Shown here: positions 10,315-20,700 of the stretch, piece by piece
How the letters are laid out: each line of letters starts with the position of its first letter
Numbering within the stretch: the first letter of the stretch is position 1
Assembly (NCBI RefSeq): GCF_058153355.1
Contig: NZ_CM177019.1
DNA length: 64,000 bases
Strand: one strand, 5' to 3'
The notes under the pieces: generated by a model
The model's database searches: none
What the model was told of the DNA's origin: nothing
What the model saw: only the letters and a program-made list of their open reading frames with translations
Made by a program: the position numbers and the translations under genes

Positions 10315-12306
10315 TTACTCAAGCAAGGTTAATAATTGTTCGCAAAGCAAAACGCAGTTATTCATTGCTTCTCCCCGTGCCTCGCCTTCTGTATTACGAA
10401 ATTGTCCCAACACATGTGCCAGCCGATAAAAACCCATCGCGGTGAGTTCATTGACCAGCAACTCTGACTGACTAATGGCACTCTGTTCCTGATAGCGCCA
10501 GCCATTATGGAGCAGTTGAATAAGCAACGCCTGACAGCGCATCAGTAACTGATGAGTGGTAGACGGTACAGGCAGAACGCTGGCAGAAGGTAGCGGTGCC
10601 ACAGGCGCAGTTTCTGCGTCCAGCGCCCAGGCGCGGGTTTTTGTCATCATCACCCGTGGTTCCAGTGTCAATTGCCCCTCTACAAAACTGACAAAGCCAG
10701 AAACCAGACTCACGGGGTCGTCTGTTTGTTGTAACAGAGCTGCCATGCGTTCAACGGCAAAAGGAGAACAGGCAGATGCCGGAAGGGATAACGTCAGCAC
10801 ATTATCGTCACCTTCGCCACTGATTACCTGCGCATCCAGTGTCTGCCGACTGCTGTCCCAACCGAGTGAAATGCACTCTTCTACTGGCAGAATAAATAAG
10901 TTATCGACCTGGTTAAGCTGTCGTATGGCGGCTGGCGGACGTTGGCGTAAATATTCCCGCAAAGCCACAATGCCCGGCTGGCGCAGTGGTGCGCTCAACA
11001 TTTGCCAGGCATCAGGCGACAGCGGAACAACACTGCTTAAGCGGTTGCGGGTAGCTAATAGCAACTCGCCATCAGCACTGCGTTTTGCTGCTTGTGAAAC
11101 AATTTGCCCACCCGCCAGCGCGCCAGCCTGAAAACTAAACAGCCGCCGTTTTGCCGCTGGAGAGTTATCCTGTTCACTTCTCGGCCAACTGCGCGAAAGA
11201 TGCAAAATACTGCCGGTGTCGGGATCGGTGAACCAGATGCGTAAACCATACCGCTCATTATCCTGCCAGCAACGCATACCTAGTGACACCAGCCGCAAAT
11301 GATCAAGCTTTGCTTCGCCAGCAATGCCTGCGCCAATGACCGTGCGCCACGGTATGGGCGGTACTTCACCGACACTGTCACGTCGCGCCATCTCTTGTGC
11401 ACTGTTCAAGCGACTGGTTAACGCCGCAAGCTGGCACAAGCATTTTCCGGCATGATAGTAGCTGGCGCGGGCGTGGAAGGCATCAACGCTTGCCCGTAGC
11501 TGTCGTAGTGATTCACTTACCCAACGCCAGTTGCAGCGTTCCGCCGCTTGCTGCGCGCGGCTGAAAGCGGCCTCGTAGTGGATTGACGGTTGGCTGATGC
11601 CTCCCAGCCATAATGCCTGACTTAATTGCTGAACATATTGACGACATGCTTTACCTTCGTCGCTGGAAAACGGATCGTCAGATGATGTGACGTGTTCACT
11701 GTGCATCTGCCAGATCAAATGAGTAAATTCTGCTTGTTGATTTTTGGCCTCGACGAAGGCCTGCACAGCCAGTGCTACGTGTTCACACAGCGTTCCTTCA
11801 ATACAATCACAACGGGCGAAACGAATGCTGCTGCGGGAATAAAAACGCACATCGCTCATCGGTAAGCGGGCAGAGGGAATTTCGCCCGGCGTGCAGAACA
11901 ACTCAATGGTGATGCCTTTAGCGACCAGCGCCTGCGCGCGTTTGCGCGTGGTATTGGGCAGGGTAGCCAGTTCTTCCTGCCAGATTGCCGGATCCCACTC
12001 TTCTTCTTTTTCCGTAGGCTGGGCGGTGGCACAAAGTCGTTGATAACTTAACACCAGCATCACGCGATGACGGCACATGCCGCTGGCCCCGCAGCTGCAT
12101 TGAGCCTCTTTCAGTGCCTGACTGTTCGCCAGCCGGGTACGGACACCGTCACTGAACGTGGCGATTAAAGCGCCGTTCTCATGGCAGATTTCCGGGACAT
12201 TGCCATTTTCCAGTTCCTTAAGGCTGCGCTTCACAAAACCAGCATTGCTTAACGCCGTCAGGGCCTGCGGTGTCAGTTCTAATAATTCCGGACGTAGTGA
12301 ATTCAT
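10315..12306 (-). CDS. yehQ: SWIM zinc-finger protein YehQ
   Basis: Start taken at MNSLRPELL (ATGA overlap with yehP stop); two CxC-x(n)-CxH signatures (CSCGASGMCRH and CDCIEGTLCEH). Confidence 0.75.
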   Translation of the reverse strand: MNSLRPELLELTPQALTALSNAGFVKRSLKELENGNVPEICHENGALIATFSDGVRTRLANSQALKEAQCSCGASGMCRHRVMLVLSYQRLCATAQPTEKEEEWDPAIWQEELATLPNTTRKRAQALVAKGITIELFCTPGEIPSARLPMSDVRFYSRSSIRFARCDCIEGTLCEHVALAVQAFVEAKNQQAEFTHLIWQMHSEHVTSSDDPFSSDEGKACRQYVQQLSQALWLGGISQPSIHYEAAFSRAQQAAERCNWRWVSESLRQLRASVDAFHARASYYHAGKCLCQLAALTSRLNSAQEMARRDSVGEVPPIPWRTVIGAGIAGEAKLDHLRLVSLGMRCWQDNERYGLRIWFTDPDTGSILHLSRSWPRSEQDNSPAAKRRLFSFQAGALAGGQIVSQAAKRSADGELLLATRNRLSSVVPLSPDAWQMLSAPLRQPGIVALREYLRQRPPAAIRQLNQVDNLFILPVEECISLGWDSSRQTLDAQVISGEGDDNVLTLSLPASACSPFAVERMAALLQQTDDPVSLVSGFVSFVEGQLTLEPRVMMTKTRAWALDAETAPVAPLPSASVLPVPSTTHQLLMRCQALLIQLLHNGWRYQEQSAISQSELLVNELTAMGFYRLAHVLGQFRNTEGEARGEAMNNCVLLCEQLLTLLE

Positions 12307-13439
12307 GACTGAAGATTCTCCGCAAGCCAGGTAGCCAGTTCGCCCGGCGTCATTGCGGCTATTTGTGCGCCGACATTTACCAGCGCCTGGGCTGTATCGC
12401 GGTCGTAGCAAGGTGTTGCGGTGCTATCGAGCGCTGCCAGTCCCAGCACTTTGATGCCGCTCTGGACACACTTTTTCACCTGATGCGTCAGCAATGATGA
12501 TGAACCCCCTTCATAAAAATCGCTCACGAGGATGATGACGCTTTTCGCTGGTTGTTCAATAAGTTGCCGACCATATTCCACGGCGCTGGCGATATTGGTC
12601 CCGCCATCCAGCTGTACTTTCATTAATAACTCTACCGGATCGGCAACGTCTGCCGTGAGATCGACGACGCTTGTGTCAAAAGCGACCAGATGGGTGCGGA
12701 TACCGGGTAACTGCCATAAACAGGCCGCCATCACCGCTGAGTGGATCACCGAATCGACCATTGAGCCGCTTTGATCAACCAGTAACACCAGCTGCCATTG
12801 TTCGCTATGGCGTTTAATTCGGCTGTTAAAGCGGGGGGATTCGATATACAACTTGCCGTGTTGCGGGTGCCAGTGTTGCAGGTTGGCGCGCAGAGTACTT
12901 TTGAAATCGAAATTACGTGCCAGTGGAATAAATGAGCGGCGACGGCGATCGCGGACACCTGAAAAAGCCTGACGAACTTCCTTTGCCAGTCGCGCCATAA
13001 TTTCTTCAACAACCTGGCGCACTATCCGGCGGGCGGCAGCCAGCACTTCGGGATTCATCAGATGTTTGGTGTGCAAAACGGCGCGTAGCAGGCTTTCAGA
13101 AGGCTGCATACGCTCCAGCACGTCGAGATTCGTCACCACATCTTCAATGCCGTAGCGCAGTACGGCATCGCTTTCCAGCCGCTCAATCACCCGTTGCGGA
13201 AATAGTGTGTGAATACTGTTGATCCACTCAGGGGTGGTGAGATTTGAGTCACCTAATCCACCGGAGCGTTCACCACGCTGGAGCCGTTCAGGATCGCGCC
13301 CATACAGCCACTCCAGCGCGTGGTCTATCTGCCGGGCATTGTCATCCAGCCCACAAAGCGTCGTTTCTGCCGCTTCGCCAAGAATTAATCGCCAGCGTTG
13401 TAGCTCACGAGTGGTCAGAAGATCGTTCAGTTCAGACAT
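12303..13439 (-). CDS. yehP: von Willebrand factor A (VWA) domain protein YehP
   Basis: 378 aa from MSELNDLL; MIDAS-like motif DQSGSM. Confidence 0.8.
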   Translation of the reverse strand: MSELNDLLTTRELQRWRLILGEAAETTLCGLDDNARQIDHALEWLYGRDPERLQRGERSGGLGDSNLTTPEWINSIHTLFPQRVIERLESDAVLRYGIEDVVTNLDVLERMQPSESLLRAVLHTKHLMNPEVLAAARRIVRQVVEEIMARLAKEVRQAFSGVRDRRRRSFIPLARNFDFKSTLRANLQHWHPQHGKLYIESPRFNSRIKRHSEQWQLVLLVDQSGSMVDSVIHSAVMAACLWQLPGIRTHLVAFDTSVVDLTADVADPVELLMKVQLDGGTNIASAVEYGRQLIEQPAKSVIILVSDFYEGGSSSLLTHQVKKCVQSGIKVLGLAALDSTATPCYDRDTAQALVNVGAQIAAMTPGELATWLAENLQS

Positions 13440-15711
13440 GGAAAACTCCCCAGTGTTGCAGTGATGCCAGTGCCTGCTGTTCGAGTTGTTGATGATGTGC
13501 AATGGCTTGCGGTGGACAATGCAACGGCATTTGCAGCGCTGAAACGGGAAGCTGTGCGAGCTGGTAATGCTCAAGCACCTGATGCGCCAGCGTCCCGCGT
13601 TCTCGTGGTGGTAGCCAGGCCATCGCCGCGCGTAAATCGGGCAGGGCGTTAATAAAATCGTCGTCACTCAGTTGATTTAAATGACTACTGAAACCGGCGA
13701 TAAATGCCGGCTGACAGGCCAGTTGATGGCGGGCCAGCGCCAGCAAACCGTGCAGCGCCTCGCCAGATTGTGCCGGGGATAATTGTGCCAGCATCGTCAG
13801 CGCCGCTTCGGCACTGGCGTTGGGATGTTCCAGACGCATCAGCGCGCCAAGGGCCGCACCGCGATCCAGCGCTGGGGCATGAATCGCCTGACTGCGACGT
13901 TCCAGTAAGGCTACCGCCGCAGAAAGCGAAACGCCGGGTAAATTAACGCCGCTATTTAGATCGCGCAGGATATGGCAAAGCGCCTGCCAGCTATGCAGGT
14001 GAGCGTGAAACTCCTTCTCATCCGGCCTGCCGTTGGATTCACATAGCCACAGTGTGCGATCGATAGCCGCGTATAACGTCGTCTGTAATATCTGCGCGCC
14101 TTGCATACCGCTGATTTCATCGAGCTGCCACAAGGCGTAAAGCACTTCCAGCGCCTGGCCCATTTCGGCAAACTGATTTTCCTTGGCGATTAATAATGTG
14201 AGTTGTTCCAGTAATTGCTGACTGAAGGACGCCAGACCCGCTAACGCGGCCTGGCTAAGACATGTGGTGATGCCGCTGATTCCACCCGCGTCCAGCATAT
14301 CGGCTTCTAATTTATTGCGTGCGGCCTCCTGGAGTGTGGCACCAAAGCAGGCGGCTTCAATCAATGCCGCATGTTGGCTAAGTGGCTGGGTTAATGTCCA
14401 GCGTTCTTCACCGTTGCCCGCCAGCGTCAGTGTACTTCCTTGCTCGCGCACAATGCCGGGAATCTCCAGTATTACCAACTGATGTAGCACCTGACTTTGC
14501 GCCAGTCCATCGGGGGTAAAGCGATTTAAGGTAAGCTCCGCCGGAAGAGAGATTCCGGTACGTTCCAGTTCGTAGGTGACATCTTTTGGCAGAGGTGGCT
14601 GTGGCGTCGAGGGGGCAAGTTTACCGAATCCGTCACCTGCTAATGTGTCTATCAACGTTACCAGTATCGGATCGGTATCGGGATGAATAACGTCGCGATA
14701 GCTCCACGGCAACGGCGCATTCAAGGCTTCTTTAATCAGCGAGCCTGCTATGGCATCCAGCCAGTCAGTGCGTAACGGTAGTGTATGACCGCGCAACTGT
14801 GCCAGCGCCATCGCATGTAAATGAGCGGCAGCCATATCCGCGGTTGAAGCAGGCAATTTGTGCTGGCGCAAACGGGTAAGAACCGTTTTTAGTAGTTGTT
14901 CACCTGCCTGCTGCAAGCCCCACCGCCAGCACCAGTTTTGCCAGACCGGGGCAGGCATTCCTGAAAGGTATCCTGCCAGCACATCAAGGCGCTTTTCACT
15001 GTATGGCGTGAGATAGCAACCTGTAACGGCATCATCCTGTGAGAGCAATTCTGGCTTGTTAATTTCTTGCGGGCATTCGCGCCACATTTTTGCCAGTGCC
15101 GGAGCGTGCCAGCCTCCGCAGACGACTAATACGTCGCCATTATTTTGCTGCATCGCCCATGCAATCCAGCGGGCCATAAAGGCTTCGCGCTGACGATTGA
15201 GTGCATCGCCGGAGGCGTCGCCCCGCAGTTGTGCAAAATAGTGCGCCAGTGCAGAGGGTAATATAGTTTGCTGGCTTTCATCTTCGAACAAGTGATCCCA
15301 CAAGGTGTCGCTGTTATCCATGCGGGTGGCACGCAGCAGAAAGGCCTGGCTTTCCTCTTGCATATCAGGCGAATCATCCTCTTCTTCACTTTGTGCCCAG
15401 CAAGGCAAATCGATGAAGTAAGTTTGTGCCTGAATACGACGTGCGGCTTGTAGCGCCTGCCACTCCGGCGAAAATTCAGCAAATGGCGTCCAGGCACCAC
15501 GCCCGGGGGCCGCACCGTCCTGATACTGGCAATAACTGTAAATAGCTACCGGAAGCTGGTGGGCTAACAACAGTTCGTCTACCCGGTCATTAAAATCAGC
15601 CGGGCCTTCAATCAACACGTATCGTGGCCGCTGGCTTTCGATTAACGATTTCACCAGCCGGGCGCAGGCCGGACTATGATGCCGGATGCCGACAATTAAC
15701 GGCTCGCTCAT
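13432..15711 (-). CDS. yehM: Large uncharacterized protein YehM
   Basis: 759 aa from MSEPLIVGIRHH; 8-bp overlap with yehP start; no motif I recognise. Confidence 0.8.
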   Translation of the reverse strand: MSEPLIVGIRHHSPACARLVKSLIESQRPRYVLIEGPADFNDRVDELLLAHQLPVAIYSYCQYQDGAAPGRGAWTPFAEFSPEWQALQAARRIQAQTYFIDLPCWAQSEEEDDSPDMQEESQAFLLRATRMDNSDTLWDHLFEDESQQTILPSALAHYFAQLRGDASGDALNRQREAFMARWIAWAMQQNNGDVLVVCGGWHAPALAKMWRECPQEINKPELLSQDDAVTGCYLTPYSEKRLDVLAGYLSGMPAPVWQNWCWRWGLQQAGEQLLKTVLTRLRQHKLPASTADMAAAHLHAMALAQLRGHTLPLRTDWLDAIAGSLIKEALNAPLPWSYRDVIHPDTDPILVTLIDTLAGDGFGKLAPSTPQPPLPKDVTYELERTGISLPAELTLNRFTPDGLAQSQVLHQLVILEIPGIVREQGSTLTLAGNGEERWTLTQPLSQHAALIEAACFGATLQEAARNKLEADMLDAGGISGITTCLSQAALAGLASFSQQLLEQLTLLIAKENQFAEMGQALEVLYALWQLDEISGMQGAQILQTTLYAAIDRTLWLCESNGRPDEKEFHAHLHSWQALCHILRDLNSGVNLPGVSLSAAVALLERRSQAIHAPALDRGAALGALMRLEHPNASAEAALTMLAQLSPAQSGEALHGLLALARHQLACQPAFIAGFSSHLNQLSDDDFINALPDLRAAMAWLPPRERGTLAHQVLEHYQLAQLPVSALQMPLHCPPQAIAHHQQLEQQALASLQHWGVFHV

Positions 15712-15721
15712 GCATCTTTCC

Positions 15722-16810
15722 TCACGGCAGGCGGTGGCGAGCTTGATAATAAGCCTGCCAGTGAGCTTCTTTATGTGTAGCGACACGTTGTTCGAAGTAA
15801 CGGCGCAGACGTGCGCGATCTTCTTCGTTATCTTTGACGATGGTTCCGGCAATACAGTCCACCAGGTCGGCTGGCTCCCCCGCGCGATTCGCTAAAAACC
15901 AGGCGCGGACGCCCACGGCGTGGGCCACGTTAACGGCTTCAGCGGTGGACATAATCGCTGTAAGGGTATCCATTGACGTTTTCTTTTCGCCGTTGGCACG
16001 CAGATCGCGGAAGGTGCGTACCAGTAACTCAAGTACCGCGTCAGGCACTTTATGCGGAATACCGCTATGGGCCAACAAACGCGCCGAAGCACTGGCGACC
16101 AGTTCCAGCTCCTGGGCGAAATCCATAATCGGAAAAACCGTTTCAAAATCGAATCGGCGTTTTAGTGCCGCGCTCATTTCATTAACGCCGCGATCGCGGG
16201 TATTGGCGGTGACAATAATATTAAAGCCTTCCCGCGCATAGAGCTGACTGGCTTCACCAGTGAGTTCCGGCACCGTCATAACCCTGTCAGAAAGCATACC
16301 TAACAGACAGTCTTGTACTTCCAGTGGTGTACGCGTTATCTCTTCAAAACGGACAATTTTGCCGTCGCGCATTCCCTGGTAGAGCGGGGCAGGGACCAGC
16401 GCTTCCGTTGACGGACCATGATTAATAAGCAGGGCGTAGTTCCAGCCGTACTTGATTTGATCTTCGGTGGTAGATGCGCCGCCCTGGATAGTTAACCCAG
16501 CATCGCCGCTAATAGCGGTTGCCAGTAATTCAGACAGGAGAGATTTTGCGGTGCCAGGTTCCCCCACCAACATCAAACCGCGCCCGGTAGCAAGAGTGAC
16601 TAACATGCGTTCGACAGCGGAGGGACTAATCACGACTTTACGGCTGATATTTTGCGCGCTATCGCCAAGAATAAAAGAACGGGCCGCAGGCAAACTTAAC
16701 TGCCAACCGGGCGGGCAAGGTGCGTTATCATTTTGCTTTAATTTTGCCAGTTCATCGGCGTATAACACAGCGGCAGGCGGACGCTGCAGATGATTATTCT
16801 GCGGTGACAT
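15722..16810 (-). CDS. yehL: MoxR-type AAA+ ATPase YehL
   Basis: 362 aa; Walker A GEPGTAKS; first gene of the yehLMPQ array. Confidence 0.85.
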   Translation of the reverse strand: MSPQNNHLQRPPAAVLYADELAKLKQNDNAPCPPGWQLSLPAARSFILGDSAQNISRKVVISPSAVERMLVTLATGRGLMLVGEPGTAKSLLSELLATAISGDAGLTIQGGASTTEDQIKYGWNYALLINHGPSTEALVPAPLYQGMRDGKIVRFEEITRTPLEVQDCLLGMLSDRVMTVPELTGEASQLYAREGFNIIVTANTRDRGVNEMSAALKRRFDFETVFPIMDFAQELELVASASARLLAHSGIPHKVPDAVLELLVRTFRDLRANGEKKTSMDTLTAIMSTAEAVNVAHAVGVRAWFLANRAGEPADLVDCIAGTIVKDNEEDRARLRRYFEQRVATHKEAHWQAYYQARHRLP

Positions 16811-16921
16811 ATATTCATCCCTGAAATGTATTAATCAAATAAACGATATTTTACGCGCAATAAATGTTTGGCGCATTAGTTGTTTGAGCGGAAAATATCT
16901 GGAAAGCAGATCACAGTAAAT

Positions 16922-17002
16922 AAAAAAACCTGCTGGTGAGGCAGGTTCTTTTATTTACTACTTTGACGATAACTTGCTGATTGTGCAACATTTCGTACCA
17001 AC
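16922..17002 (-). ncRNA. orzO: Candidate antisense sRNA antitoxin (OrzO-like), about 80 nt
   Basis: Minus-strand TTGCAA-N17-TATAAT promoter (-10 at 17009..17014), 5' 18 nt complementary to the zorO leader, intrinsic terminator hairpin ~16929..16947 plus T-run. Confidence 0.55.
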
Positions 17003-17008
17003 GAATGA

Positions 17009-17059
17009 ATTATAACCATATCCACATCCCGTTGCAATTCACTAAGCGAGATTTATAAT
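17009..17059. promoter_or_regulatory. Back-to-back divergent sigma70 promoters sharing one palindromic -35 hexamer
   Basis: TTGCAA at 17032..17037 serves as -35 for TATAAT at 17054..17059 (plus strand) and for TATAAT on the minus strand at 17009..17014. Confidence 0.5.
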
Positions 17060-17240
17060 CGTGCCCGTTGGGAGGTTGTGCCGGATTGAACCAATTTCAA
17101 GTCCTGGCTGCCGGACGGGGGGTGCCGCAGGTGGTGCCCTGATCCGGAGAGCAACGTTTCGTACCAACATACGTAAACCAGTATCGACAGGCAGTGTAAG
17201 GGTAAGGTGCTGGTGTTGCGCTCCTTAATAAGGAGAGCGG

Positions 17241-17330
17241 ATGGACACGCTGACACAAAAGTCAACCGTGCTCATTGCCGTACTGGAGTTATTAGTGGCT
17301 CTGTTGCGGTTGATTGATTTGTTGAAGTAA
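17241..17330 (+). CDS. zorO: Small hydrophobic type I toxin (29 aa, MDTLTQKSTVLIAVLELLVALLRLIDLLK), ZorO-like
   Basis: Below the ORF-track cutoff; AAGGAGA Shine-Dalgarno held inside palindrome gcgctccttaataaggagagcg; ~175-nt leader; terminator follows. Confidence 0.6.
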   Translation: MDTLTQKSTVLIAVLELLVALLRLIDLLK

Positions 17331-17353
17331 CGGGCAAATTGAAACGCATCTAA

Positions 17354-17380
17354 GGGGGAATACCGTTTCCCCCTTTAATA
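17354..17380 (+). terminator. Intrinsic terminator of the zorO transcript
   Basis: Hairpin gggggaa-taccg-tttccccc followed by a T-rich tract on the plus strand. Confidence 0.6.
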
Positions 17381-17383
17381 AAG

Positions 17384-17704
17384 CTATTTTTCTATTTGTT
17401 GGATGAATATATTTTGTAGTTCACGATTAAAAATTGCTATTACAGTTTTAGGTGATTCACCTCGTAATTTACGCTCATCAATAAATTCATCTCTTATATA
17501 AATCAACGCATCATTTATTAGCGGGTCGACATCTTCTCGATCACGTTGATGAAATGTTGGATGTAGCCGGAATCGCTCCAACCGGTAGACGGAACCAGTA
17601 AATAATTCAGAGCATTTATGGATCTCAAGTCTGAAGGAAAACGGATCTTCAGGTACAGGGACTTCATAATCATAAGTAGCGACCAGCTCTTTTTGCACGA
17701 TCAT
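17384..17704 (-). CDS. yehK: Uncharacterized protein YehK
   Basis: 106 aa ORF about 60 bp downstream of yehI on the same strand. Confidence 0.75.
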   Translation of the reverse strand: MIVQKELVATYDYEVPVPEDPFSFRLEIHKCSELFTGSVYRLERFRLHPTFHQRDREDVDPLINDALIYIRDEFIDERKLRGESPKTVIAIFNRELQNIFIQQIEK

Positions 17705-17764
17705 CGCTTTTCCCGGTGGTAAGTCGTGTTGATAACGGGCAGTCGCATCACTGCCCGCTGTGTT

Positions 17765-20700
17765 TTAATGGAAAATGACGTCAGGTGCGCTTAACGCTTC
17801 ACTCAAATCAAACGTATCGAGTTCGGCAAAAGTGACAGATTTATTGTCACGGTACACTCGAAGAGAACGGAAGCTCATTAGCGCTTTGCTATCAGCACTG
17901 TAGTGGTTAAAACCGGGTGAAAACTTAAGGACCAGCCGATACTCGCCCAGGTCATAGACACATGCGTCCTCAAAACCTGACTCCCAGCCTTTGTATCGCA
18001 TTCCCATAAGTTGCCCAACGGTTGCGGATTTACCTTCCCAGCGAGTCAGGCTGTTACTGGCTGACTCGTCAGGTGTGAGCAGCACTGTGCGCCGCATCAA
18101 CTGGCGAAAAGGCGGCATAATTTCGTAATCGGCAAAAACCTGTGCAAATTCACTGCGCATTTCTGCTGTCATTTCTAACGGGTGGGCAATGCCAATCAGA
18201 GCATCCGCAGGCAGGTCAATTGGCTCATCTTGTGCGTTGCAGAACTCCCCCTCAGCGGCCACGCGAAAGGCGTTGAGTAAACGACGCGGTTCATTTGCCG
18301 GATAAACCGCCCATATTAATCGCTGAGTAACCAGGCGAGTAAAGGGATGATTAACAAACAGAGAATGAAAATCTGCCAGCGACCAGCGTCGGGTGGTGCG
18401 TAGGGCAGTTTCAAGACGCGGGAGCAGGTTTTTGCTCACCTGAGTGGCATCTTTTTTTAGCCCTTTTAGTCGGGCCAGTGCCTCGGGTGCTTTCAGCTGA
18501 TCGTCATCGGCGCGCAACCGGGGAACACTTTTCTGGCGAACGTTTTGCTGATCAAAGATAACCGGGTTGAGGTTTTCATCGAAGCGAACGGTAAACTGCC
18601 GGGGTCCAAAATCAAATATCAACGCCTGCGGATCATCCAGGCCCAGTGTTGGGACTAATCTGTCCGCTAACTCTTCCTGGCTTAGTCCACGATTTTCTGC
18701 GACCACCTGAAGAAATTCCGCCGCGTTATCACGTAAGGGACGGGATTTCGCCCGTTGCGATATATGATGCAGCTGTATCAGCGCCATATCATTATTCATC
18801 AGGGTAAGTATGTTCAGGCCACTGACGGCGCGGGCAGATTTGCCTTCCTGTGGCCAGGCGAGGATCTGTGTTGTCAGATCCCGAGCCGTGCTTTCGTCAC
18901 CAAAGAGACTTAACGCCAAAAAAGCCCAGTTGTCTTTTGCGGGGGCGCCAGCCTGTTGCCAGGCGGTGAAGAGATCCCAGGCAAAAGCGGCCAGCGTTTG
19001 TGGCTGGCAGAACGTTTTCAGTTGTTCCAGCCCACAATAAAAACGTCCGCCCTGGGTAAAGCGCAGCATTTCGCCGATAATTTCCAGAGCATCATCAGTA
19101 ACATGTTGATTATTCGTGATAATTCTCGGTCTGGACCACATTGTCGGATGCCAGAAATCAGGGGCTTTGGGAATGCGTGCCGGGTAAATGTCCATTGGAC
19201 CCTGTTTAAGTAATTGCTCCAGGGCAGGCCATACATCTGTATGCTGCCAGCGGTTTGCCACGGTTTGCAGTAATTCGCCATGCCCTTGTTCATACAGTAA
19301 ACGCAGAGCGCTGAGTGCCGCTTCGCTGTTATCGCCAGACCTGGCAAAGATTAATGGGATCAGCGCCGTAGCCGTATGCTCCGGCCATTGTAAAATCCAC
19401 TGGCGAGCCAGATTACGCTGGCCCGCAAAACGATGCCAGACGCGGGCAACGGGCAGCGCCAGTTCTGTTGCGCCAAAATGAATCAGCAGCGGAAATATCT
19501 CTTTGGGATGTCGGGCAAAGGCGGTGATTAATCCGGGCAAAGCATCGGTACCCAGGACACTTAACAGATATTCTACCCCGGTGTAATGAAAATCAGCCGC
19601 GACAATTTGTTGCCAGCACGATACCGCCATTTCGCGCGGCATTTGCGCGATAAGATACAGGTTCCATACTCCCCAACGCTTTTCATCAGTGTAATTAAAT
19701 TTGCGTTGGAAAGTTCGCCACCCCTCCATCAACGCAACACTATCTTGTGCCAGTAATGCGCTGGCGGCCTCTTCCCGGTAGTGTTTATTTTCATTCTGTT
19801 TTGCCTGATAATTGAGCAATCTTCCTACTGAAGTATGTGTCTCTAGTTGATCGGTATCCAGAGCATCCAATTGTCCTTTGAGAATAAACTCATTAAACTT
19901 CCACCTGTGATCTTCAAAACCTAATTCCCGCAAGAAGGTATCCGCCCCTCTGTTAGCAAGACGTTCGTCAAAAGACATGGCGCTAAAATGGTCAATTGCA
20001 GTTTGCTGTTCCGGCGTCCAGTGTTTATTCGGCGACCTGTACGCTTGCGGTACAAGCGTAAGTTCAGGTAGCGAAAAGTGAGTTATGGAAGCCTTTTTCC
20101 TGCCACGCCACGGTGGTGAAACGAGGATTTCAGGCAGACTACTGTTATCGGTGCTATCAATAACCGGTTTTGGCGAAGCCGATAAATAACTATTCACCAC
20201 TGCCCGGGCTTGAGTACTTAACGACGGGATCACCTCTTCTGCCAGTTGTGGCTGCGATGCCATCAGCGTTTGTAACAGCGTACGCCAGTATTCATCACGT
20301 GCTTTTTGCTGTGCAGGCAGCTTTTTGTCTTCGATGATAGGATAACCAGGGCGCGTAGGGGGGGCTTTTAACGCCAGTAGTTCTGCCAGTGCGGCGAGCG
20401 TCGCATGGGGAAAGTTTTTACTGTATTTAGCCACACGCTGCAGGCTGGGTTTGTTTTTATCGGCAACTAACAGCAAGATGCGAATAACTTGCGGATGGTT
20501 AATTTGTACCAGCAGGCTACCGCAATCTTCTTTATGGGCATACATCGCGAGGCGTGGAACGGCTGCAATTCCTTGTTCGCGCAAAAGGGCGGCGCAGGCC
20601 GCGTAGCCGAAGTGGTTTTCATGCGACATGTAGCTGGCTTCGCGATCGCTAAATATATCCTGGCTCCAGTAGCGTTCGAGTTTTCTCACCGCTCTGGGGT

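Noticed and set aside
10556-11131. 191-aa plus-strand ORF inside yehQ
   Set aside because: Antisense to yehQ; Ala/Ser/Arg-rich composition typical of GC-rich antisense frames.
17053-17265. 70-aa minus-strand ORF between yehK and yehL
   Set aside because: It spans the back-to-back promoters and the zorO leader and start; the promoter/sRNA/toxin architecture explains this sequence better.
17354-17373. Hairpin considered as the yehK terminator
   Set aside because: The T-rich tract follows the hairpin only on the plus strand, so it fits the zorO terminator; at most a weak bidirectional stop for yehK.
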